Of a stretch of DNA of 64,000 bases, positions 30,149-38,809 are shown piece by piece. How positions within the stretch are numbered: position 1 is the stretch's first letter; each line of letters opens with the position of its first letter. The notes beneath the pieces were generated by a model that was not told the DNA's origin, did no database searches, and saw only the letters and a program-made list of their open reading frames with translations. Location: NCBI GenBank assembly GCA_048938855.1, contig JBHLLT010000002.1, forward strand, positions 224,001 through 288,000, read 5' to 3'. The stretch is from Promethearchaeota archaeon. GTDB lineage: Archaea > Asgardarchaeota > Lokiarchaeia > Sigyniarchaeales > SOKP01. The position numbers and the translations under genes were made by a program.

Positions 30149-31729
30149 ATGGAAAAAATTGAAGAATTATTAAAGAAAGATAAAGAATATAAATCAAATA
30201 TAATCGATAAGGAAGGTACATTCAATTTAGAACAGAAATTAAAAGATTCTGAGAAAAAATTCCGAGTTTTATTTAACAATTCAACAAGCGGAATCGCTTA
30301 CCACAGAATAATATATGATGAAGCAAAAAATCCCATTAATTACGTAATTACAGATGTGAATAACCAGTACCAAGAAATTTTATCATTTAATAAGAAAGAT
30401 ATTTTAAACAAAACTGCAACACAAATATATGGAGTTAAACAAGCGCCATATTTAGAAATATATTCAAACGTAGCTGCAACCCAAGAATCAATTTCATTTG
30501 AATCTTATTTCGCACCAATGGATAAATACTTTAAAATCTCTGTAATATCCTCCCAAAAAGGGGAATTTATCACTATTTTTAATGACATAACAAAACGTAA
30601 ACTTTCAGAGCAAAAAATATTAGAATCTGAAGAAAAATTTAGAACTATTACCGAACAGTCTTTTATAGGCATAGCTATTTTACAAGATTTTCAATTTAAG
30701 TATGTTAATCAACAATTCTCAGATACATTAGGATATACCACTGATGAGATTTTAAATTGGAAGCCAAAAGAATTTTACAAACTTATTCATCCTGATGATC
30801 GCAAAATGGTTTATAATCTTACTGAACAAAAATATCATAGCAGAAATACAGAAATTGCAAATTTACAATTTAGAATACTTAAAAAAAATAATGAAGTCAT
30901 TTGGTTAGAAATTATCTCAAAAACAATATCTTATAAAGGCAAGCTAGCGAATTTGATTGCTACATTAAATATAACAGAAAAAAGAGAAGCAGAAAGGATT
31001 GTTCTAGAAGAAAATAAGAAATTGCTTGAATTGAATAAAATGAGAAAGGATATAATTACACGTGTGTCTCATGAATTAAAAACCCCATTGACTTCAATAT
31101 ATGGCGCATCTCAAATTCTAATAAAACATCTTAGAGAAAAACTTGATGATGATGTAATGAATTTTGTTGAAATTTCTCATAGAGGTGCTATACGTTTGAA
31201 AAAATTGGTAGAAAATTTAATTGATGCTTCAAGAATAGAAACTGGAAAATTAATGCTAAAATTATCTGTTCAAAATATCTCAAATCTAGTTAGAGAATGC
31301 GTTGATGAGATGAAGTATCTTACTTACAATCGCAAACAATCTATTAATTTAAAACTTCCTGAAGAAATATACTTTTATGTTGATAAAATCCGGCTCCAAC
31401 AAGTAATAACTAACATTTTATCAAATGCAATTAAAAATACCCCCAAAAATGGATCTATAAATATCACCCTTACAGAAAAATCAGGATATATTGATATTAG
31501 AATAAAGGATAATGGAATTGGGTTAACCGAAAAAGAAAAAGAAATTATTTTTGAAAAATTTGGTAAAATTGAACGGTATGGGATGGATTTAGGGGTTGAC
31601 ATTGAAGGTTCGGGACTTGGATTATACATCTCTAAGGAGATAATCGAATCGCACGGGGGACATATTCTTGTAGAATCAAAAGGAAGACATCAGGGAGCTT
31701 TATTTACGATTAGATTATTTAAAAACTGA
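30149..31729 (+). CDS. Cytoplasmic PAS-PAS sensor histidine kinase
   Basis: Two PAS domains (IHPDD), SHELKTPLTSI, NILSNAIK, DNGIG, GSGLGL. Confidence 0.95.
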   Translation: MEKIEELLKKDKEYKSNIIDKEGTFNLEQKLKDSEKKFRVLFNNSTSGIAYHRIIYDEAKNPINYVITDVNNQYQEILSFNKKDILNKTATQIYGVKQAPYLEIYSNVAATQESISFESYFAPMDKYFKISVISSQKGEFITIFNDITKRKLSEQKILESEEKFRTITEQSFIGIAILQDFQFKYVNQQFSDTLGYTTDEILNWKPKEFYKLIHPDDRKMVYNLTEQKYHSRNTEIANLQFRILKKNNEVIWLEIISKTISYKGKLANLIATLNITEKREAERIVLEENKKLLELNKMRKDIITRVSHELKTPLTSIYGASQILIKHLREKLDDDVMNFVEISHRGAIRLKKLVENLIDASRIETGKLMLKLSVQNISNLVRECVDEMKYLTYNRKQSINLKLPEEIYFYVDKIRLQQVITNILSNAIKNTPKNGSINITLTEKSGYIDIRIKDNGIGLTEKEKEIIFEKFGKIERYGMDLGVDIEGSGLGLYISKEIIESHGGHILVESKGRHQGALFTIRLFKN

Positions 31730-31875
31730 TCAATTGGCTAAAAGTGAATTACCTTTATTTTGCTCCTCATGCTTATCAATTAAACATTAACAATTAAATT
31801 GTCATTCTCCTTATTAAAAACTATTAATCCAAATTTTATATCAATAAGATATAATAATTTTATTGGTAAAATCAT

Positions 31876-32487
31876 ATGAAAAATGCTATAAATATAGCAC
31901 AGAGTACACTTTATATCGCCTGCATAATTGCAGTCGTATTATTGGTAAATGATTATTTCATTAAAATTCATGTTCTATTAGATTATTTATTAATCTTTAT
32001 AATTAGCACAATTAGCTCAATTTTTACAAAGGATAGGGAAGATGGAGCATTGGCAGGATTCTATGGCAGTTCTTTAGCATTAGCTTTATGGTTATTTATT
32101 CCATTTATTTTATCCTACTTTCTTAACTTTATTACAGTATTATTCTTAATTCCTGATTTTTTACTCAATTTATTAATGATTATACTACATTTTGCATTAA
32201 CGATTTTGATGATATTTATATTATACAAACAAAAACTTCGTATACTCCTATACGTTTTAATCATTCTGATTTTAATCGGATATGTTTTTCCCATTACAAT
32301 GAGTATATTAGTAGAGTTTGGATATATGATCGATTTGGAAGGAATAATGCAAATCCTTTTAGATTTTTTATTAAATTTTGTTGGAATAATTATTATATCT
32401 ACAATTAGTGGTTTAATTGGAGGATGGTTTGGAATGAAATTGTTGAAAAAATACCAATCCGAAAATATAAATGTTCAACAAAAATAA
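31876..32487 (+). CDS. Hypothetical multi-pass membrane protein
   Basis: Six or more hydrophobic segments; DGALAGF and GLIGGWFG motifs. Confidence 0.65.
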   Translation: MKNAINIAQSTLYIACIIAVVLLVNDYFIKIHVLLDYLLIFIISTISSIFTKDREDGALAGFYGSSLALALWLFIPFILSYFLNFITVLFLIPDFLLNLLMIILHFALTILMIFILYKQKLRILLYVLIILILIGYVFPITMSILVEFGYMIDLEGIMQILLDFLLNFVGIIIISTISGLIGGWFGMKLLKKYQSENINVQQK

Positions 32488-32494
32488 TAATCTG

Positions 32495-32599
32495 TGGGCC
32501 TGGCAGGATTCGAACCTGCGACATCCCAGTCCGAAGCCGGGCACCTAAGACTTTCTTCGGTGAAACCGAAAAAACCTATCCAGACTAGATTACAGGCCC
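32495..32599 (-). tRNA. tRNA-Arg(TCG) with a 30-nt D-arm intron (32546-32575)
   Basis: Reverse complement: GGGCCTG/CAGGCCC-A, CCCGG-CTTCGGA-CTGGG, GCAGG-TTCGAAT-CCTGC, A20 identity element; central helix GGAT/GTCT, intron hairpin TTTTTTCGG/CCGAAGAAA. Confidence 0.9.
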
Positions 32600-32733
32600 T
32601 AAAATTAAAGGAAAAAACTTGTAGGTTTAATTAGTTTCATTCATTATTTCTAAAAAATATTTTTATTTAACTATAATAAAAGCACAAATCTATTTGTGAG
32701 TTCGTATAAAAAAGTAAATGAAGCTAAATTATT

Positions 32734-33183
32734 TCACTTTTTAAACCCATTGTTTAGATAAACTAGGAACATCCGAAATAATTTTGTAAATCTTAATCCT
32801 TGAGAGAGATCTCCATCAACTTTGATTAAACCTTTCATATACGCATCAGAACCATATATCTCTCGTCTTAGAATCTTGATAAATATATCCTTAGTGTATT
32901 TTACTGTAAATGATGCTCCTCTATTAATTCCTTTTTGATAAATTATTGAATTATTCGAGATGTTTAACCAAAAATTAAAATTCAAGTCAGAAACTATGAT
33001 TTGGTAAATATCATTATATTCTTCAATTTCTTCTCGTAAATCTTGGGTGTTTTTGAATTTATCTACTGCGAACTTAATGAATTTATCTAAAACCAAAATT
33101 AATTCATCATTATGGCTTTCTAAATTAGCAAGGACTGAATTGAGCCTTTTTGAATTAAGCATTGTATATATACTTGCCACCAA
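32734..33183 (-). CDS. SCP2 sterol/lipid-binding domain protein
   Basis: DAYMKGLIKVDGDLSQGLRF; start codon uncertain. Confidence 0.85.
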   Translation of the reverse strand: MVASIYTMLNSKRLNSVLANLESHNDELILVLDKFIKFAVDKFKNTQDLREEIEEYNDIYQIIVSDLNFNFWLNISNNSIIYQKGINRGASFTVKYTKDIFIKILRREIYGSDAYMKGLIKVDGDLSQGLRFTKLFRMFLVYLNNGFKK

Positions 33184-33372
33184 TTCAAATGTTTAATATA
33201 TTTATACCTAAATATACCTTATAATCTACAACGCTTTTAAGCCATATAAATGTTTCTGTTCTGTGTTTTCATCTGAGTTCCTTATCTAAAATGTCTCAGA
33301 ATAAAATTTTTAAGCTTGTTTTTATTTCATTTTTTATAGAATTTTTTTTTCTAACACTAATAATCTTATAAT

Positions 33373-33480
33373 GCCCACATAGTGTAGCCCGGTCTAGCAT
33401 TCGGGACTGTCACTCCTGCGACTATGAGTGACAACACGTTGCTTATCGTGAAGCGGGTTCAAATCCCGCTGTGGGCGCCA
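33373..33480 (+). tRNA. tRNA-Asp(GTC) with a 30-nt intron at the variable loop/T-stem junction (33423-33452); CCA encoded
   Basis: GCCCACA/TGTGGGC-G-CCA, CGGGA-CTGTCAC-TCCTG, GCGGG-TTCAAAT-CCCGC; removing the intron restores the 4-nt variable loop CGAC. Confidence 0.92.
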
Positions 33481-33794
33481 CCATAAATCCAATCAGTAGA
33501 TTTATTTTAGTTAGTGGCTTTAAAAATTCTCAAAATTTTGTAGATTTTCAATTTTAAGTGAAGAAAAAATACAATTTAAAAAACAAAGTTAGGAAGATTT
33601 TTAAAAAAATGAGAAGTCAATTAAACTTCTTGAAATCTCTTTTTAATTTTGAAATTTTGACCTTTTTTAAGAAGCGACACAAATAAAACCTTTTTATATC
33701 ATTATAACCTTTTAATATTGTTATTTATAGAATATTTTCTAAAATAATTTTCATAATAAAAGAGGAAAATTATACAAAAAGGTTGAAAATTAAA

Positions 33795-34229
33795 ATGGTT
33801 GACGAATCATTATTGAAGGACATAAAAGCTGCTCAAGATGCTGGTGCATCTGCTGCTTCAGCTGAAGACGTAATGAGAATGTACGAATTTATTAAGCAAA
33901 TCTCGAAAGAGAATGAAGATCTCAAAGAAGAATTAGAGGACATGGATATTGCCATAAGTATGATAATTACTGACACAGATAAGAAGTATTGGCTTACAGT
34001 TAAGGAAGGAGATTTGGATTTTGGAGAAGGTGATGTAGATAATCCTTCATTTACAATGTCTAGTACATTGGAGGTTGGTGCAGGAATCCTCATGGGAGAA
34101 GTAGATGCAACTTCAGCATATATGGCCGGAGATATAACTGTAGAAGGAAATCTTCAGGATGCTATGGCCTTCCAAGAGATTGTAGAGCTTGCTTTAGAAG
34201 CTTATGAAGATCTCGCAGAAGATCTATAA
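33795..34229 (+). CDS. SCP2 sterol/lipid-binding domain protein (acidic)
   Basis: GEVDATSAYMAGDITVEGNLQDAMAF; start taken at ATG 33795. Confidence 0.9.
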   Translation: MVDESLLKDIKAAQDAGASAASAEDVMRMYEFIKQISKENEDLKEELEDMDIAISMIITDTDKKYWLTVKEGDLDFGEGDVDNPSFTMSSTLEVGAGILMGEVDATSAYMAGDITVEGNLQDAMAFQEIVELALEAYEDLAEDL

Positions 34230-34243
34230 AATTACTAACAATC

Positions 34244-34278
34244 CATTGAACTTTCAATGAATCTTTTCTTTTTTTTTT
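34244..34278 (+). terminator. Short hairpin and poly-T terminator after the SCP2 gene
   Basis: CATTGAA-ct-TTCAATG followed by TTTTCTTTTTTTTTT. Confidence 0.5.
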
Positions 34279-34517
34279 ATTACTAATTTTAGATTTATTT
34301 TCTTAAATCGTATTTCTTTTATTCTATTTTATTCAATAGGTGACAATCGCATCAATTTGATAGTTGAAATAACACCAAAGAGTATATTATTCTCATATTA
34401 GTGTACCTTAAAACAACAGTTTAAAAAATTTAATTAGGAATTGCATAAAATTAAATCTAAGTAATTATATTAATTGAATGATAAAAAGCGACAAAATTTG
34501 GTATCAGGTGTCTGAAT

Positions 34518-35141
34518 ATAAAATTAGTTTTAGAAAGACTATATGAAAGCACAGATAACCTTGTAAATCAGCAGTTTTATAAAGATGGGAGAGATATCAT
34601 AATTGGAAGAACTCCAGAAATTTCTCTAAAAATAAGCAATTCAGGGCAAATTATAAGGAAATTTAAAAATTTATTCAATGAAAATTTAGAATTATTTCTG
34701 GAGGGTAAATATTTAGAGTTTCTTCGTCTTTTTAAAAGAATCAAGGGTTTAGATGAAAATTATATAAAAGAAATATACCAAGATCTCCAGCTTAAATTTG
34801 AAAACTTAAAGGGTGCAGATCACATTAATACCGTCATTTTGTACTCTCTTTTATTGAATTCACTTATTTCAAGTATAAGAGATCTGAACTTTGAAGAGTC
34901 AATTAAAGAACTTAAGAGACGTATATTAAAAAAGTTAAAGATCTCTGAAAACACGATTCAAGGCGAACTAGACAAATTATTTATGAGAAATGATAAAAAT
35001 ATATCAATCCTATATAATCTCTCATATCTAGACACACTGGCAGAGTCTTTTAATTATCATAAAGTTGCCCATATATGTAAGATTCAAAAAAGTAAATTTA
35101 TAAATCGAATAGTGAAACTTATCTCTTCATCAAGGGATTAG
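34518..35141 (+). CDS. Hypothetical protein, about 207 aa, non-canonical or frameshifted start
   Basis: The frame of track ORF 34839..35141 is open back to 34485 with protein-like sequence (KLVLERLYESTDNLVNQQFYKDGRDIIIGRTPEI...) but has no ATG/GTG/TTG; AGGTG lies 7 nt before ATA at 34518. Confidence 0.6.
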   Translation: MKLVLERLYESTDNLVNQQFYKDGRDIIIGRTPEISLKISNSGQIIRKFKNLFNENLELFLEGKYLEFLRLFKRIKGLDENYIKEIYQDLQLKFENLKGADHINTVILYSLLLNSLISSIRDLNFEESIKELKRRILKKLKISENTIQGELDKLFMRNDKNISILYNLSYLDTLAESFNYHKVAHICKIQKSKFINRIVKLISSSRD

Positions 35142-35895
35142 ATCCAAGTAACTCTTCAAATAATATGTGTGCAAGAGTTTTAATAGCTTTTTTTCTTAAA
35201 CTCTTATCAAATAAACGTAGGCGATCTGAAAATTCAATCTGAATTGTTTGGCTCTTTAAGAATCGAGAAGCTCCATATTGTGTTGTTATATATCCTCCAG
35301 TTAACACATATTCTTTCCTTCTGGGATGCCCCGGCGCAACTGGTATACCTAATTGAAGCATACTATTGATAATATTCCCCCTAATGTTTTTATCCCAATC
35401 TCTCTTTTTAACGGGTTTGGAAAAAAGGGATTCTAAATTATTTGTGCCTAAAATTATATCCACATCTCGAAATCCCTGAGGTCGATCGGCACTTTCAAAT
35501 CCGTGTATATCAATGAGTAAAGAGCGATTATATATCTTTAAATTTCTAAGAATCAATTCTTCAATTTTATAATGATAAAATCTATAAATTTCCCTTGCTA
35601 AAAATGAGTTTTGGTTAAATGCTTCATACTCTATTCGATTTAAATCAATTTTACTTCGTCGTACTCTAGAAATAATATTAAAAGGTGACTTGAATCCCTC
35701 ATTACTATTTTCAAATTCGATAGAAATTTGTTTAATTAAGTTTTTAGTTAAATCTATAGTTCCTCTATCAATTCCTAAGACACCTACAGTCCTCTGGGGG
35801 ATAGAATCACATTTTAATTGCCCACCATGAGGAACAGATAAAATAAGTGGTATGTTACCCGCTTCATATTCTATATACTTATTTAATTCGTACAT
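35119..35895 (-). CDS. N-formylglutamate amidohydrolase family protein
   Basis: LILSVPHGG, KIDLNR, YH, IDIHG, GGYIT, QIEF. Confidence 0.85.
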   Translation of the reverse strand: MYELNKYIEYEAGNIPLILSVPHGGQLKCDSIPQRTVGVLGIDRGTIDLTKNLIKQISIEFENSNEGFKSPFNIISRVRRSKIDLNRIEYEAFNQNSFLAREIYRFYHYKIEELILRNLKIYNRSLLIDIHGFESADRPQGFRDVDIILGTNNLESLFSKPVKKRDWDKNIRGNIINSMLQLGIPVAPGHPRRKEYVLTGGYITTQYGASRFLKSQTIQIEFSDRLRLFDKSLRKKAIKTLAHILFEELLGSNPLMKR

Positions 35896-35920
35896 TTCTT
35901 CTTAAATAATAAAAAAAAGA

Positions 35921-36385
35921 TTAAATTATTGGAGAATTTTGAAAAGTTAAATATCGAAGTATAATAAAAACACTAATCCACACACCAAATCCGATTATCC
36001 CAAATGTGTAATAAGCAAATGCACTTCTCTCCTTTTCAAATGTAAGATAGGCAAACAACCATGTTCCAAGACCCCCTACACCACATAAAAGAATATCAGA
36101 TGTCATATTCATCCAACTATCTGGGCGGTTTTCAAATTTCCAACCTAATGGAAGAAATAACACGTTTTCAATGATTTCCCAAATAATAGCACATACAATA
36201 GTAAGGATAAAAACAAATAATAATGAGAAGATTGGAACTTTCCCTTTTTTTTTTGGAATGGTATAAAACAGCGACCAAAAAAGGAATAATCCTATTCCAA
36301 AACATATATGCCCTATCGAATAAAAATCAAAAACCGAAATCCCTACTTCATCAGTCGTTGTTGCAAACCATAAATTGAGTAACAT
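35921..36385 (-). CDS. Membrane protein, DUF2585-like
   Basis: DFYSIGHI, WEIIEN, DSWMNMTSD motifs within TM helices. Confidence 0.6.
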   Translation of the reverse strand: MLLNLWFATTTDEVGISVFDFYSIGHICFGIGLFLFWSLFYTIPKKKGKVPIFSLLFVFILTIVCAIIWEIIENVLFLPLGWKFENRPDSWMNMTSDILLCGVGGLGTWLFAYLTFEKERSAFAYYTFGIIGFGVWISVFIILRYLTFQNSPII

Positions 36386-36526
36386 GTTTCTAACTCCTTA
36401 TGAGATTTTAAGTAATAAATCACGTAATACTAATATAAGTTTAAGTATTATACTCCACTGGAAACTCTTTTTAGAAAAATTATAAGAACTGTAGATATTT
36501 AGAATTTATTTGAGATATTTAATAGG

Positions 36527-37825
36527 ATGATAAATTTGCCTAAAGATGTTGCTTTTGTTGTATATTATCATAAAAATAATATATATAGTATTAATGCAAT
36601 AATCGGGGCATTAGAAACAGATGAATTTTTTGATAATTTTAAAATTTACCTTATTCCAAAAAAACAAGATCTAATTAGAGGTTTAGAAAAGATCATTAAA
36701 AACCACGATTTAGTCATAATCGGATTTTCTTTTTTCACTTCTCAATTATGGGAAATTTATCATTTAATTTCTGAATTAAAACATAAATATGGGAATCGTA
36801 TCATTTATATAGCAGGAGGTCCGCATGCTACTGGTGATCCCTTAGGAGTACTTAAACTAGGATTTGATTATGTTGTTGCAGGTGAGGGTGAAGAAACAAT
36901 TATTCAATTATTAAAGCATCTTGTTTTAAACTCTGATTATAAAAGCATAAAAGGAATTGCTTTTTACGATGAGGATAATGAATATTTTTTTACAGGAAAA
37001 AGAGATCCTATTGATTTGGATGATTATCCTCCATTTCCTTTAAAAATTCGAAGATTTGGAGCAATTGAAATAACAAGGGGTTGTCCATATGTCTGTTATT
37101 TTTGTCAGACCCCATATATTTCTGGTACAAAACCACGACATAGAAGTATTGAATCAATATGTAAATATGTACAAGTAATGTATAATTATTATGGAGATTT
37201 GACAGATGTAAGATTTGTCACCCCAAATGCTTTTTCTTATGGCTCTCTTGACGGAAAAGTGTTAAATCTTACTATCCTTGAAGAATTATTAATAAAAATA
37301 AGGGAGATTATAGGAAAAAAAAGTCGTATATTTCTGGGGACATTTCCATCGGAAGTGAGACCTGAACACGTAACTCCTGAAACATTAAGTTTAATTTTAA
37401 AATATGCTAATAACGATAATATAACAATTGGCGCACAATCAGGTAGTCAAAGAATCTTAGATTTATGTCATAGAGATCATTCAATTGAAGATATATTTAA
37501 TGCTGTTGAATTAACATTAGAAAATAATTTAAAAGTAAATGTAGACTTTATTTTCGGTTTACCTGGAGAAGGAGAAGAAGATGTAAAACTCACAATTTCT
37601 ATGATGAGAAAATTGTCTAGAAATGGTGTTCGAATGCATGCCCATTCCTTTATTCCTTTACCTCAGACTCCATTCGCTAAGGCCCCTGTTAGTAAAATAA
37701 AAGATTTGTATAAGTATGAAATTACAAAATTAATCTCCCAAGGATTTGCATTTGGGGAGTGGAAGAAACAAGAAAAAATTGCTATTAAGATTGCAAAATA
37801 CATGAAATCAATGAAATTGGATTAA
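36527..37825 (+). CDS. B12-binding radical SAM protein (TIGR04013-like)
   Basis: IAGGPHATG, GEGE, EITRGCPYVCYFCQTP, FPSEVRPE. Confidence 0.9.
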   Translation: MINLPKDVAFVVYYHKNNIYSINAIIGALETDEFFDNFKIYLIPKKQDLIRGLEKIIKNHDLVIIGFSFFTSQLWEIYHLISELKHKYGNRIIYIAGGPHATGDPLGVLKLGFDYVVAGEGEETIIQLLKHLVLNSDYKSIKGIAFYDEDNEYFFTGKRDPIDLDDYPPFPLKIRRFGAIEITRGCPYVCYFCQTPYISGTKPRHRSIESICKYVQVMYNYYGDLTDVRFVTPNAFSYGSLDGKVLNLTILEELLIKIREIIGKKSRIFLGTFPSEVRPEHVTPETLSLILKYANNDNITIGAQSGSQRILDLCHRDHSIEDIFNAVELTLENNLKVNVDFIFGLPGEGEEDVKLTISMMRKLSRNGVRMHAHSFIPLPQTPFAKAPVSKIKDLYKYEITKLISQGFAFGEWKKQEKIAIKIAKYMKSMKLD

Positions 37826-37828
37826 AGT

Positions 37829-38692
37829 TTATTTTTTATTTAACCTAATAATTTCATTTGTAATCTCTAGAAAACCTTCTTTCCTTAGCTGATTCAATGC
37901 ACCTATAATCGTTTTATAATCTATATTGCCAAGTTGTGTTTGAATATTCTTTAGATCCATCTTTCCTTTGTTAATCAATAGATCTAGAATTTTTCCTCTA
38001 ACTTCTCTTGTAGATCCTTTAAATGGTGCTTGTTTTCTATAATGTGTGCTTTTTTTATTCAGATCTGGATGAGTTTTTTTAAGCATAACACCATAATCCA
38101 TTAGTGCATAGTACCAATCTCGAGGGTTAGAACTGTCAAGAGTCTTTTTAACGATCGGCAAAATTTCTTTATCATTAATCTTATTTCTATTTGGGAAGAA
38201 AAAGTAAATATAAACTCTTCTTATATTAGTTTCAATAAAAGCAGCAGGCTTATTAAAAGCAAATGTAATAATTGATGAAGCTGTATTATATCCTATCTGA
38301 GGGAAGGATTTTAAAATGTCTATTGATTCTGGAAGTTTTCCATTAAAATCCTTAATGATTGTATCCGCTATTTTTTTTAATGCTATAGCTCTTCTATTAT
38401 ATCCTAATCCTTTCCATTCTTTAAGAATATCTTCAAGCGGGGATTTAGATAGAGATGAGAAACTTGGAAACTTTTTTGTAAATTTTAAAAATTTTTCAGT
38501 TACTTGCCCTGTTTGAGTTTGTTGGAGCATGATTTCTGATACAAGAACATTGTATGGAGTAATATTTTCTCTAAAGGGAAATTTTCTCTTATGATTTTTG
38601 TAATAATTATAAATAAATTTTTGAAATAGCTGTACCACTTCAGGATTTACACCACTTTTTTTAAAGCGCTTATGAAAGTCATTAATAAACAA
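37829..38692 (-). CDS. mutY: A/G-specific adenine glycosylase MutY-like, lacking the Fe-S motif
   Basis: PYNVLVSEIMLQQTQ, WKGLGYNRRA, HhH, ETNIRRV, ALMDYG with no following Cys cluster. Confidence 0.85.
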   Translation of the reverse strand: MFINDFHKRFKKSGVNPEVVQLFQKFIYNYYKNHKRKFPFRENITPYNVLVSEIMLQQTQTGQVTEKFLKFTKKFPSFSSLSKSPLEDILKEWKGLGYNRRAIALKKIADTIIKDFNGKLPESIDILKSFPQIGYNTASSIITFAFNKPAAFIETNIRRVYIYFFFPNRNKINDKEILPIVKKTLDSSNPRDWYYALMDYGVMLKKTHPDLNKKSTHYRKQAPFKGSTREVRGKILDLLINKGKMDLKNIQTQLGNIDYKTIIGALNQLRKEGFLEITNEIIRLNKK

Positions 38693-38809
38693 GTCTTCAC
38701 TAATTTTTAAACACAGAGAAATTATTAATTATACAGTATTTAGGAATAACCGATTCTTAAAATTATATTTATGGATTTTAAAATATAACTCTTGCTTTGA
38801 CCTACTTAG

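Noticed and set aside
16209-33480. tRNA-anchored integrated element
   Set aside because: No integrase, no duplicated tRNA 3' end (att site) noticed and no viral or plasmid hallmark genes.
36454-36465. ORB-like sequence TCCACTGGAAAC
   Set aside because: Single copy, no G-string and no orc1/cdc6 gene in the window; insufficient to call an origin.
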